Source of the DNA: Octopus bimaculoides
Taxonomy: Eukaryota
Assembly: GCF_001194135.2 (NCBI RefSeq)
Contig: NC_068983.1
Coordinates: 136,427,109-136,491,108, forward strand
DNA length: 64,000 nucleotides
Reading direction: 5' to 3'
Shown here one piece after another: positions 23,681-37,184 of the stretch; the first letter of the stretch is position 1; every line of letters starts with the position of its first letter. Below the pieces are notes generated by a model that was not told where the DNA came from, did not search any database, and worked only from the letters and a program-made list of their open reading frames with translations. Made by a program: the position numbers and the translations under genes.

Positions 23681-25989
23681 GTAAGCTAATGACGTTCATA
23701 AGATAACCATTTATTCCTTTGTCATCTCACTTTCTTATATATATATATATATATATATATATACGTCATTAGCTTACAATTGTTTCTGCTATAAGATGTA
23801 GTGAACTCATATTTGAGTACCTGAATAACACCTTATAACTTCATTGGGGCCTTGAATATGAAGTGCAATTTATTTGGAAAAGAATTATATTTGTGCCTGT
23901 ATAGTGAATGGCATCAAGAATGAGAAAATCAATACAAATGTATATAAGAAAAGTGTATGCCCAAAATGTGATAACATTTATTAGTGGAAATATATGTATA
24001 TACATATATATATGTATGCATGCACTCTTAGGTACCTGCAGATACAGAAAGACACACATATGCAAAAACCTAACTTGAAGACACACAGACATGCACACAC
24101 ACACATATGTATATGTATATATGTATGTATATATCTGTACATTTCAAAGAGCAATACCACTGCTCTCATCTTTATTAGGGATACTGCTGTTTATTGGTGA
24201 TGGTTAGGCTTCCAAACTTAAAAAGAATAAATGTTTAATTCAGAAACACCATTCACATGCAAAACTATAGCTAGTGTTAACATAACTGATGCAATTCAAA
24301 AGATATTAAACAGTCAATGAGAAATGATTATGTGCTAAGTAAAAAAAAAAAACTATTTTGTCAATGTTTATATAATTGTCATTTTATTGACATATATGGA
24401 AGACAACTCTATAAATTTTTCCTTATTCTGGCCTTACCAGAAAATTTCATTTGAATCATAAAAAATAAGATTCAATTGCCTCTCAGAGAAAAGTACTTCA
24501 ATCTTTAAGTTAGTAGAGCTGCTGAGCTGTGATGGTTAATTCTTGGAAACTGACTTCACTATCTAGTTTAGGTTCCTGCATATAGCTTTTCCAAAGTCAT
24601 AAATATCAATTTTGTCTCTGACAGAGAAAGAGAGTGGAGAGTGAGACAGAAGGAGAAAGACACAAAGTGAGAGAGCAAATAAACTTTCAATATTTTCCCT
24701 TTCTGAACTAAGTTTTTTTAAAGATGCCCATTTCATGCACTCTATCAAAGACAAATTTTTAATTTTAATATATTTTAAAAGAATTTTTCATATGAAAAAT
24801 TTCTCATATTGAAGCATCCTGAAAGAATTGTCATGGATTTCACTTCCCTTCCTCACCTGGGATGGTATTTACAAAGTATGATTCTTGGCTTCATGCCATG
24901 TTGAACATTCCATGTGAAGAAACTTACCATTAATCACTTTCTGTGACTTGTGGGAAAGATTGTAAATTATTCTTGAATTAGTTGCTGTAATACCATTCTA
25001 ATAAATTGCTCAAATTATTGCTCACCTGAACAACAGTTTCTTCTTAACCCTAATCTTAACTAATTTGCCATAAATTTGATATTTTCTTGTGACTGAATGT
25101 ATTTCATTCAGTATTGTTGGTTCATCAATCACTGCATCTTTACTATTAATGATATTCCAGCTGTTGTTCCTATTGTAGTTTATTTAAAATACTTATATTC
25201 ATTGATCTCTTTGAATGTAGTTAGGGCAGTGTCCAAAGGATGAACTATTGAAGGGAAAGTGTTTGGACCATTTAATAAAATTGATGGTAAAAGTGAATTT
25301 CTGTAGGTTATATAACTACAAATTCTGTATGTATTGCATTTCTCTGAGAAGTGTTTGTGTAGTAGGTGTAAAATGTTGAAGTTTATTTCCACTTAAGCAA
25401 TTAAGTAAGTTATGAATAAATTTTAACATTGATACAAAAATATAATGTGAAAGCTTTTTAGATTTGTAACAGTTGCTTCTGAAAAACTTACTTTTTGTTT
25501 GTAATTCTAGAAATTGTGCATATCAGTAGCATTTTATAAACAGAACCTATCACAATCTATACTCAGATACATTTACATTCTGCAGGTAAGCTCTATGGTG
25601 TAGATTCACAATCCACATTTCATAAGACAACCTATATTTGATTCTCTATTGCAGCTATTTCATTTTGTTTATACTTGTTAGCTAGCAGCAGCAGCATCGT
25701 GATGACTGTTTTTGTATGTCAGTATGGGAGTAACCATTTTGAAGTATTGTTCATAACCGAACTTCCAGAGATCAAAACTAACTTCTATTTTTCCTGTGCC
25801 AATTTTGTTGCTCTTTTGCTGTTGGTACATTTTTATTGCACATGGCAATTTTCACCTGCAGAATTGTTTCTCCTGCATGAGTCTGTTGATGTCAGGTCAT
25901 TTGCATCTTTTTATGAAAGTTAATGTTGCACATCCAACAGATTACACTTATATCTCTTCTTGTACCATCTGCATAAATCACTCATAACT

Positions 25990-26240
25990 CCTACATTGCC
26001 ATTGGAAAGAAGACAAACTGTGAACTGCAGGAAATTATGGGAATAGAGCCAGAAATGGGATGAGAAGGTCAAGTCATGTGCTTAGAAAGGATGAAAGATT
26101 CTGGATGAGAGGAGTGATGGAAATGAATGTAGAAGGAGATAGGGAAAGAAAAGACTGAGTATGATATGGATAAAGGAATGTGTACAATGAAAATTTATAA
26201 ACTGGATGGAAGCAGTAGAAGGGCATCTAATATTGGTTAG
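25990..26240 (+). mobile_element. Old RTE-like LINE C-terminal relic
   Basis: HVLRKDERFWMRGVMEMNVEGDRERK resembles the RTE ORF2 terminus. Confidence 0.5.
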
Positions 26241-28279
26241 ATTTTTTTTTAATCCTTTGTCAAAGAGAAGTAAAAGTAATAAGTGAGATAGAAGAAATAG
26301 ATATGATACCAAATTTAAATCATTTGTTTACATTACATGCTTGACATTATAAAGCAATAAGTATCAGCAAGGAAACTAAAAGGCGATCACACTTAAATTT
26401 AAAAGATGGCCTCTGTGCTATTGGTTCCAGCAAATGAGACAGCCCTTTGTCATTCTTACCATCAAATATGCTGAGAGTCAGTGATTAGTCTGCTGGAAAC
26501 TTGTAACCAATTGTTCAATAGCTGCAAAGTAAAATATGTATGTGTATTAATAACTCTGTGTGTGTGTGGGGGGGGGGGTGTATGTGCTTGTATGTATTAT
26601 ACATACATACTTACACATGTCAGTATATGCAATTGCTTTTAGCCTAGAGAAGAGATAAGTATATATTTTACTTAAATCAATCATACTTGTGTTATCATTA
26701 TTTATTTACTGAAGTATTCATTATTCCAGATCTAACCTGTTTTGCTAAAAATCCTCTATGGAAAATTAATTTAATTCTTTTTTAATCTTAAAAGCTAATT
26801 TATAAAAATACAATAAAAAAGATTCTACTATTTTCTATCTTCTTACCTATTTTATCAGATACATTTTTTTTCCTTTTTTACTTATATTCTTCATAAAAAT
26901 TTCTTTAACATCTTTCCCATTTCTTTTCCCTCAGAATCCAATGTTCAATGAGAACTATAAAAAAAAGTACAAATTACAGAAAAAGAAAAAAATAGCTTCA
27001 CAATAGTTACATATGATATGGCTGTGTCATAGAGAACTGTTAGTGAATACTAAATAACTTTTTCTATGAATAGAAAGCATTCAGTGTCTGTGCCTGTAAA
27101 GGTCTGAATGTAATCAATACTCATGTCTTGTTTTATTCTATTTCTTCGATTTTGATATAACCTGGTAACATTTAGTAAGGCCTAGGACATGCAATGACAG
27201 CAGTGATTAGAAGAACTGTGAATAGTCTAGACTGCAACTACATCCTTTGATGTACATTTCTTTTACAAGCTATCCATAAATAAATATTATATACAGGTAA
27301 AAAAAAAAAAGAAAAGAAATAGTTGTCTTTATTTAGATTTCCTTAAACAATAAACTTCTTGATAACGAACACTAATGCATATTTTTTTTAAATCAATAAC
27401 ATGACTATCTGCATAATTTCAATGAATTATTCTAATGGAATAACTATAGCTTTCTATATAATGTTTTAAAATATTTTGTAATTTAAAAAAAAAATGATAG
27501 AACATTTTGTAACCTACAATTAAACAGTAAATATTTGCTTACATTTTATTATATATACACAATACAATTAGATATAAATATATTTACATAACAATTACAA
27601 CACTAAAGCCATTTTGAAAGATATGGCTTTATTGATTACTCATTTTTCTTCATTCTAACTTGAAAGTTTTATATGAGTTTAATAATTTATTATCATTATC
27701 ATCTTTACGCAGGTTTCTTCAGATATTCTTCATATCAGGCTCTTTTCTTGCTTGACATTAGATAGTCACCTGCTTGTTCTTTCACAATTACAGTTGGAGA
27801 AAATTAATATATTCCTTCTTTTGACAGTTATTTGTGACTCTGTTTCACTAATGTCAAAAACATTAACTTGGTTTTTTGGGGAGCAAACATGAGAAATGGA
27901 TAACATCAGCTGTTAATCTACGTTAAATAACTACTAAGAGTTTAGCTGTTTTCAAAATGTGTCATGAGTTACTTGCTAAATAGTTTTTAATTTAGAATTA
28001 GATGAAACTGAAGAAATCCGATAGAAATAATCTTAAATGTTTCCAAGGTAACCTGAAAAAGTTTATGCAAAAGATAGTGTTTAGAAAAGTCTGGAGGATT
28101 AATTTCAAGAAAGTGTTAGAACTACTAGTTTTGTTTCCATTTACATTCAGAATTGCTTGCATTGCAACTAAAACACTGTGCATTCATAGTATTGTGAGAG
28201 GGCAAAACTTGGATGAGACTCAAAGACTAAAAGCGAAGAACAAGTTAAGGTGTGTATGTGTGTGTGTGTAAACAAGCAT

Positions 28280-28430
28280 TACTATGTGGTTAAGAAGTTT
28301 GCTTTGTCACCATATGGTTTTGAATTCAATCTCACTGCACATTACTTCAGTCAAGTGTCTTGTATGACAGCCCTGAGTTGAACAATACCTTGTGAATGAA
28401 CTTCGTATACTGGAGCTGTAGAAAACCCAT
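28280..28430 (+). mobile_element. SINE fragment
   Basis: TGTGGTTAAGAAGTTTGCTT...CAAGTGTCTT...CCTTGTGAATGAA. Same family as 35865-36010. Confidence 0.6.
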
Positions 28431-29383
28431 CGTGTGTGTGTGTGTGTGTGTGTGTGTGTCTGTGAGACAGAGAGCAACACATATATTGACATCCCTCAGC
28501 TACACTAAGTGAAATAGTGATATGTTTACCTACTTAAAAAAAGCATATCCCTGTTGAACCCATGCCAGCATGGAAAAATGGACGCTAAACAAACAAATGA
28601 TACACATATATATATATGCAAGAGAGATGATTGCGCTGGTATGGACATGTAGCAAGAATGGATGAGGATAGCTGTGTGGAAAAGTGCCATTTGTCTATAT
28701 CTTTGCTTATAGTTCCCGATGCACCAATTATTATAGGCACAGCCTTTACAGTTTTCATACTCCAAATTCTTCCTGTTTCAAATTATCATCATCATCATCA
28801 TCACTATTATTTTACTTCTCAGAGCTCTTGGTCACACTTGCTCTGGTTGATTCTGTGAGAGTCGACAGCAACCTGTTATCAGAGGTCTCACAGGGTCTCT
28901 TTCTGCAAATTATAAGCTTTGGTACTTGGATTTTAACTTATTGTGGAAGACACTCAACACTCTGGTTCAGATGATTATTGTAAAAGCTTCCACCATAATG
29001 CTTCAAAAGATACTAGTCTATTAGTGAGAAAGGTAAATTTAAAAGTTGATTCCTATTTATTGTCTGTAATTGATATTTGTCACAGTCAGATATCAGTTAA
29101 AGTTGTCAAAATAGTTTCCCCCCTGTATGCAGAACAGTAGTTTGTTAGCAGAGACAGTTGCACAGTAGACTAAAGTTTTCTCCTCTCCTTGTCTTATACT
29201 TGTGGATCCTATACATAGTTAGCGTAGTTGGAAATTGGCTTACCAAATGCTTTGTAGGTTACTATAATTGTAATTTTATCCTGTCACCTAGTTCTGCTAG
29301 TCAGTGGTTTTAGAATGTTGTTTCTTTGATGAACCCAATCATTGTGTTTGTATTGTGTCATAGTTGTTGCATTATGTCTTTCA

Positions 29384-30372
29384 TGGGCGACCAAGTTAGT
29401 AGTGGGGGTGGGTGCGCTGAAAGTGTAGCTGCTAGAATAAGAATAGCCTGGGCAAAGTTTAGAGAGCTCTTACCCCTGCTGGCGACAAAGGGACTCTCAC
29501 TCAGAGTAAAAGGCAGACTGTATGACGCATGCGTACGAACAACCATGCTACATGGCAGTGAAACATGGGCTGTAACTGCTGAGGACATACGTAAGCTCGC
29601 AAGGAATGAAGCCAGTATGCTCCGTTGGATGTGTAATGTCAATGTGAATACCCGTCAGAGTGTAAGTATCTTGAGAGAAAAGCTGAACATTAGAAGCATC
29701 AGNNNNNNNNNNNNNNNNNNNNNNNNNNNNNNNNNNNNNNNNNNNNNNNNNNNNNNNNNNNNNNNNNNNNNNNNNNNNNNNNNNNNNNNNNNNNNNNNNN
29801 NNNNNNNNNNNNNNNNNNNNNNNNNNNNNNNNNNNNNNNNNNNNNNNNNNNNNNNNNNNNNNNNNNNNNNNNNNNNNNNNNNNNNNNNNNNNNNNNNNNN
29901 NNNNNNNNNNNNNNNNNNNNNNNNNNNNNNNNNNNNNNNNNNNNNNNNNNNNNNNNNNNNNNNNNNNNNNNNNNNNNNNNNNNNNNNNNNNNNNNNNNNN
30001 NNNNNNNNNNNNNNNNNNNNNNNNNNNNNNNNNNNNNNNNNNNNNNNNNNNNNNNNNNNNNNNNNNNNNNNNNNNNNNNNNNNNNNNNNNNNNNNNNNNN
30101 NNNNNNNNNNNNNNNNNNNNNNNNNNNNGTGCGGGTGGCACATAAAAGACACCATTTCGAGCGTGGCCGTTTTCGTGCGGGTGACACGTAAAAGCACCCA
30201 CTACACTCTCTGAGTGGTTGGCGTTAGGAAGGGCATCCAGCTGTAGAAACTCTGCCAAATCAGACTGGAGCCTGGTGTTGCCATCCGGTTTCACCAGTCC
30301 TCAGTCAAATCGTCCAACCCATGCTAGCATGGAAAGCGGACGTTAAACGATGATGATGATGATGATGATGAT
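29384..30372 (+). mobile_element. Young RTE LINE 3' fragment (short-UTR subfamily) with a gap inside
   Basis: Open frame GDQVSSGGGCAESVAARIRIAWAKFRELLPLL...EKLNIRSI, intact CpGs, (GAT)n tail. Confidence 0.93.
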
Positions 30373-31626
30373 AGTCTTTTGAATATTCCAAAAGAAAGCA
30401 GAAGTAATAGATCTGGTATTACTAGATCTAATATGCTTTCTCTTTAAATGCATTTGTCTAAAACTGGGAAAAATTAAAGTTAATCTCTTAAAGATGAGAT
30501 TAAAGTTTTGTATTTTCATATCTTTATGTCACTCACTGCCTCCAAAACATTTAAACAACCATAAATGTTAAGTCAACATGATGAACAAAAACAGGATGTG
30601 CCGTCCAGAAAGACTCTATATGATCATCTAACCTACTAGAAATAGCAACCAAATCTCAAATTTTATCCTACCATCAAAAAACAAAGTCTGCAGTGGTTAA
30701 TTTAGTTTTATGTATACTATGTGTGAAAACATGCAAAAAGAAATGACTGGATGGTTATAGTTTGAATGTCTTTAATCATAAACCTGATTGATCAAAACTG
30801 GCCTGGAGCAAAACAAGAACATCAACAATAGAAGCCGGCCATTGCTTAAATTCAGTTTATGTAGTATTGAGAAAATCAGAAGCAAATTTCATCCTGTTTA
30901 ATAAGTCCATTGTAGGTTACTTCTTTTTTGAAGGCTTGGTATTTATCCTTCAATGAGGTAAGCTGAGACAAAATCAAAAATGTCTTACTTAGATATGAAA
31001 TATATACTGATGGTTTATTATAACTTTCAAGCCTAAAGTAGTATTTGAGACCTCTGCTGTAATCTAATGAAACGCTTGCCTATAATGTAGTGTCCTGCTG
31101 CTTTCAACTATGAAATGTACTATTGGAGGGTTACGTAGAAAAGAAATTTTAGCTACAATGCATGTTTGTTTTTGAAGTTTTAAAATTAGTTTTTCAATAA
31201 GAATAAAAAAATACATATCAATAAATTCACTGTGTTTAGAAATCGTCATCATCATTATCATTTAGCGTCCGTTGTCCATGCTGGCATGTGCCGGACAGTT
31301 TGACAGGGCTGGCAAGCTGCACCAAATTCCAGTCTGATTTGGCATGGTTTCTATGGCTGGATGCCCTTCCTAACTCCAACCACTCCAAGAGTGTAATGGG
31401 TATTTTACGTGCCACTGGCATGACACCAATATCTACCACAACTGCAATTTTACTTGGTTTGATGGATCTTCTTTCCAAGCATGACATAATACCAAAGGTC
31501 TCAGTCATTGACTTCATCGTCCAACCCATGCTAGCATGGAAAGCGGATGTTAAATGATGAAAATGATGATGACTTTGTAAAACTGTATCAGGTAATTTTC
31601 AGAAAGACTTTTAAATAAATAAGAGC

Positions 31627-31670
<44 letters not shown>

Positions 31671-31924
31671 TCGAGAGAGATCGTTTTTTGGCTGCCTAGT
31701 TTAAGAATAGAAACTGTAACTTGGATTTCACTCCAACATTTTTCCTTTGGTTAACATAGCACATAAGAATTTATGTGGTTCATGTGGTCAGCTGTCATTT
31801 TTCTATCTCACCTCTGTAGTTAAGTAGTTCTATATGTCTTATAGGTGGTCCCAGAGTAATATCCCTTTACTAACATATCCAAGTTTAAATTCCACCCACA
31901 CTCATAACTAAATAAATAATATAT

Positions 31925-33192
31925 TGTATTGAAACATCTTATTACTCTGATGTAAGAAAGCAATTTCGTTATATCTACCACAAAAGGTGTATTTTCCATC
32001 ACACAAAAGTACTTAGCTGGAGGAGGAAGAGATTGTTGGAAGTTGGTGAGAAAGGTTATATAAATATATGAATGAAGTGTTTGAAGAAAGTGCAATAATA
32101 ACGGTCACACTCACTGATGGTCACTCTCAGTAATTGCCTTTAGCTTATGGAGTTCTTGTTTTTATAACTATCGAAAAGCAGCCAGAAAGATAGACATATT
32201 GTTGAGAACAAATGATTTCATTGGAAGTCTGTTATCTCCATTCGAGCCAGTGGTGGCCTAGAAGAGGTCAGAAAGGTCAAATGGCAAAGACATTATTCTG
32301 CTTAGTGAAGGCATCTGGGAAATGTATAACTGCTGTCATTCACAGAAAAACTATTGTTTTACTGTGAGAAAAGCGCTGTTGAAGTGTTAAGTAAAATTTG
32401 GCAATCGAGGATCGAATCCATACTATGCCTGCATGAAGACTCTACAAATATGTTGTGGAATAAAAAATTTATCTACTGTCAAGGAAAAAGTGTAACTGTA
32501 AAAATGCAGAATTATCGGAGTAATGGGCATTCAAAAAAGTATATATGAATGAAGTCTTTAAGGTTTAAGATTCAAATTAAGGAAGTGCAATAATAATGTT
32601 TAGAAGTTCAAAACTGTGAAATGCAGAATTAAGTTGGCTGATCATGGGAATCAAATATTGATTGCTTCGCTAAAAACTGCAGGTGGTATGGGATATTTCC
32701 CTTGGGTTGTTTAAATAAAATATTAGTAATATGTAGTAGATAGAAGGATCCATTATAGGAGCCCTGTTATTGATTTTTTTCAACAGTCTAAGTATGTCAC
32801 AAAGTTTCCAGACATGAGTTCTACTCACATGTCAAATAAAGTGATATCATCTGCAAAAATTAGAAATTGGACACACAAAAAATCAGTATTTAAAGTAACT
32901 GAACATAAACAATGAAATGGATTATTTCCCTTGAGTGTTTAAAAAAAATATTATGCAGGTGCTATGGGTTATTTTCCTTAGGTGTTTAAAAAAAGTTAGT
33001 TATATGAGGTAGATATAAAGGTCCCTTCCCGGGGCCGTATCATCGAGTTTTTCAACAATCTAAGTATGTCACAAGGTTTTCAGCCATGAGTTCTATTTAT
33101 GTGTCAAGTTTCATCAAAATCAATAAAACGATGTTGGAGGAGTTAGCTAACAACACCACAAAAACACACCGATTTTCCACATATGTAGTAGA
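31925..33192 (-). mobile_element. Non-autonomous Helitron-like element, copy B
   Basis: 5' end A|TCTACTACATATGTGGAAAATC on the minus strand. Aligns by eye over about 1 kb with 20688-21745. Confidence 0.65.
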
Positions 33193-33352
33193 TATATTTA
33201 TTTATATATAGAGGTGAGAAAAATATAAGTTCAAGTAAAACAATTCAAACTTTTTGAGGAGTTCAAAAAGAAAATAATTTCTAATAAAGATTCATCATAT
33301 TCAGAAATATCTTGCTAGAGAAAGCAATAAGAATATGAAAATAACAATTGAA

Positions 33353-34163
33353 AAAGTTTGTTATAGGTATAAAGATACCATAAACAATTATAAAAATGGA
33401 GAAAAGATGTTAAAAAATCAAAATTAGATTTAATAAGTATATACGAACGTTTCAAGGGCAATACAAATATGTAAGAAAAAATTATAATAATAACAATTAA
33501 AATTAAAATTATGTATTGTCATTTTTGTTAGTGTGAAGAATTTAAGGAAAAAACATCCAAAAAAGTTATTACTAAAAATCAAGAAGGAAAACCAAATGGG
33601 GTAATAGTGAAAATTTAACAGGATATTTACAAATAAGTTGTAAAAGGGAAAATTAAGAGAAACGAAAAAGAGGGACACATCAATGTGTATGCAAGTCTAT
33701 CATGCAAAAAATAGACTTGCATATACATTAACATGTCCGTCTTTTTCATTTCTCTTAATTTTCCATTTTACAACTTATATTCGGTTAAATTTTCACTATT
33801 ACCTCATTTGTTTTTCCTTCTTGATTTTTAGTAATAACTTTTTTGGATGTTTTTTCCTTAAAAATCTTCACACTGACAAGAATGACAACATTCGTACATC
33901 ATCATCATCATCATCGTTTAACGTCCGCTTTCCATGCTAGCATGGGTTGGACGATTTGACTGAGGACTGGTGCAACCGGATGGCTACACCAGGCTCCAAT
34001 CTAATTTGGCAGAGTTTCTACAGCTGGATGCCCTTCCTAACGCCAACCACTCAGAGAGTGTAGTGGGTGCTTTTACGTGTCATTAAATCTAATTTTGATT
34101 TTTTAACATCTTTTCTCCATTTTTATAATTGTTTATGGTATCTTTATGCCTATAACAAACTTT
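33353..34163. repeat. Large foldback palindrome interrupted by an RTE 3' fragment
   Basis: Left arm 33353-33700, loop 33701-33710, right arm 33711-33896 plus 34083-34163. The ORF track shows near-identical peptides on opposite strands (FSFLIFSNNFFGCFFLK). Confidence 0.9.
33897..34082 (-). mobile_element. Short RTE 3' end insertion with (GAT)n tail
   Basis: Near-identical to the 3' ends at 30180-30372 and 53922-54115. Confidence 0.92.
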
Positions 34164-36429
34164 GATAAAAAAAAAAGTCCTGTTTGTTGCATTGAAAGTG
34201 TTTTGAGAATGCTATGTAGTGGACATAAAAAAAGGGAAGAACCAAAAATATGAAAATTTTCTTCACTAAGTTTGTCGTTTTTATTCAAATTTCTTAACTC
34301 ACTAAATCATATATGTCAATACTTATTTTATATTGTATTGAAGTATAGACTGAAGTTCATTTGCTCAGAGGCTTTGTACCATAATCTGATAGTAATGAAA
34401 TTCATTCTAGTGATTTATAAAACTAAAACAAAATACATTTGGCAAATAATAGTCCAGTTCAAGTCTTACGAAGTGTACCAATGCTGGTACTAACAAATTA
34501 CTCAGATATTCAGGTATCTAACAAAATGGAATTGAAAACTTATTAATTTTTCATGAGATTATTATATCTTTCAGAGAATTTCTTCTGATCAAACTTATGT
34601 ATGTGAAGCATTTGGTCAAATCTTAATGTACCTGTAATAGTTTGACCAACCTGAAACCCATTGTAAATGGGTATTTTATGATTGGGGTTAAGAAGGTTTC
34701 TGGAACTATCTTGATGACTGACTGACACAGTCTTTTTCCTGAAGTATTTTTGTGATCTCTTCTATTGCCAGTGATCTATCCCATTGCCAAAGACATGTGT
34801 ATAATATTAATCTCATCTTTATTCTGTTCATTTTTCTTGAAATGAACTATTATTTCATATTACATTGACTTTACTTTGGCTGGCATCATTCCAAGTAGAT
34901 TTGAGATTTTTAGGCAAATTGTAGCCAAAAAGTGCTTTTATGAAGAAAGAAACAATGTGACTTTATTCTTTCTTTCATTTCCAGAGTGAAAAAAAAAAAT
35001 TCTGTTTAACCATAAAGTATTATATTGTTTATTTGTCTGCTCTGTTCATGAAGGTATCTTATGACTAATTTTAGATTTTAATTTTGTATTCAATAAAATA
35101 CTCTGTTCTTCCCAATACAGATGAACATTGTTTAACTATTTTCTATATCTCTTCTAAGAGACTTGATAGTTGATACAGGATCAGGAAGGAAAATGTATTT
35201 CACTGTTTTACTTTGTTAAGTTGTCATCAACAGATAGTATCTAGTTTTAAAATCGACATTAAAGTATATTTCATCTCGAAAGTGTTATATATACTAGCAT
35301 ATTACATGCACTTACAAACGCACACGCTTGCACACACTCACACACATGCTTTTTACCCCAGTTTTCTTGTGATATGAAAGTTATAACCAACCAAGTCAAG
35401 TGGGTCATGAACTTGTGCTCAAAGAAGTATAAATTTATGGCTATGGTATGTGGCACCACTAGTACTCTTTCATACTCTTGATAAAGTTGTTGAAGTAATT
35501 CAGCCTAGCTAGCTGTAAATAAGTATTACAGAGTTATACAACTAATTGTTGTTATTGGCAGTATGAGCATTGCATAACTGATGAATGTTTTGTTAACTTG
35601 CGATACTAGGCTTAAGATTTCTAATAGATTATCAGAAGCAGCAGCAGCAGCAGCAGCAACAACAGTAGCATTATAACCATTACCACCACCTCCACTTTCT
35701 TCTCCTCCATCTACTCCTCCACCACCATTGCTATTTTGACAAAAGTTTATCATTTTGTAATTGGTATATCAGAATATTAAGATAAATGAAGCCACCTCAA
35801 AATTTCTATCTAAAATAATTACATATTGGACCCTACTTACCACTAGAGTATGTTTGTGAATGTGCAGGTATGATTAAGAAATTTGCTTTGTCACCAAGTG
35901 GTTTTGGGTTTGATTCCACTGTGTTGTACAGTGAACAAATAAATATATTCTACCATAGCTTTAGGTTGACCATGGCTGTTTGAATAGAATTTGGTAGACA
36001 CAGAAATTATGTGAAAGTTCATTGTGTATATATATACATGTGTATATCATTCAGCAATGCATATCGCTGAAAAATGTAAAGATCAGTTAGAAGCCAATAA
36101 GCCATTACTTTCAAATAAATTTCTTTGTGACAGTTGTTTCACCTGGTTTTCTCAGACAGTCACTTGTCCCTCTTTCCATTATAAATGCAAAGAACCAATA
36201 ATTAGCCTATTGGAAACATGTAACTAAAAATGGAGTTGTTCACAAAATATGATATGAAATAAATAAGTAAATTAAATAAGTCTGCCATTGTTTAAGTAAC
36301 CACTAGACTAAATATGAGATGTGTACACAGCTTATAATTAAGCTTACATATATCACTTCTTCAAGACACCCATAAGTCTTTGGATGTATATATATACATA
36401 ATGTATGTACGTGTGTGTGTGTGTATTCT

Positions 36430-36845
36430 TTTATTTTTCTTTTATTCTTTTACTTGTTTCAGTCATTTGACTGCAGCCATGCTGGAGCACTGCCTTGAAG
36501 TTGAATAAATCAACTCCAGGACTTAATTTTTTAAATCCTAGTACTAATTCTATTGGTCTCTTTTGCCGAACCACTAACTTTTGGGTTGTCAAGCAGTGAT
36601 AGAGGACAAACACAGACATAAAGACACATACACATAGATATATAAAGAAGCCCATTGTATATATATATATATGTGTATACAACGGGCTTCTTTCAGTTTC
36701 CGTTTACCAAATCCACTCACAAGGCTTTGGTTGGCCCAAGGCTATAATAGAAAACACTAGCCCAAGGTGTCATGCAGTAGGGTTCAACCTGGAACCATGT
36801 GGTTGGGAAGCAAGTTTCTTACTACACAGCCATGCTTGCACCTTA
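36430..36845 (-). mobile_element. Composite SINE
   Basis: TTTTACTTGTTTCAGTCATTTGACTGCAGCCATGCTGGAGCAC...GGGCTTCTTTCAGTTTCCG...CCAAGGTG. Homologs at 47960-48110 and 49960-50350. Confidence 0.75.
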
Positions 36846-36949
36846 TATAGCCCATAAAACAGCCTACCCCACTATAATATTAACTGCTCTATATCTTAGA
36901 GTATGCTTCTCCTCCAGATTTATGTATTTCTACAAACGATATATATATG

Positions 36950-37140
36950 ATCTTAAGATTGTGGTTTCAATTCCTGGACTGGGTGATGCATTCTGTTCTT
37001 GAGCAAAACACACTTCATTTCACATTTCTCCCGTCCACTCAGCTGGAAAAATGAATAATCTTGCAATAGACTGGCATCCTGTCCAGGTGGGGAATATATA
37101 CACCACAGAATCTGAGAAACCAGCTTCATAAGCCTATGAC
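36950..37140 (+). mobile_element. tRNA-derived SINE, same family as 7185-7430
   Basis: AAGATTGTGGTTTCAATTCC...TTCTTGAGCAAAACAC...CCTGTCCAGGTGGGGAATATATA shared with the 7.2-kb copy. Confidence 0.75.
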
Positions 37141-37153
37141 TCAGTAAAGACCT

Positions 37154-37184
<31 letters not shown>

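Noticed and set aside
25730-25830. NHFEVLFIT…CANFVALL as the next Cav1 exon
   Set aside because: Only superficial similarity to PFE.LILLTIFANCVALA: 12 extra residues, no U12 branch site or AC acceptor, and no following IS1-IS2 sequence.
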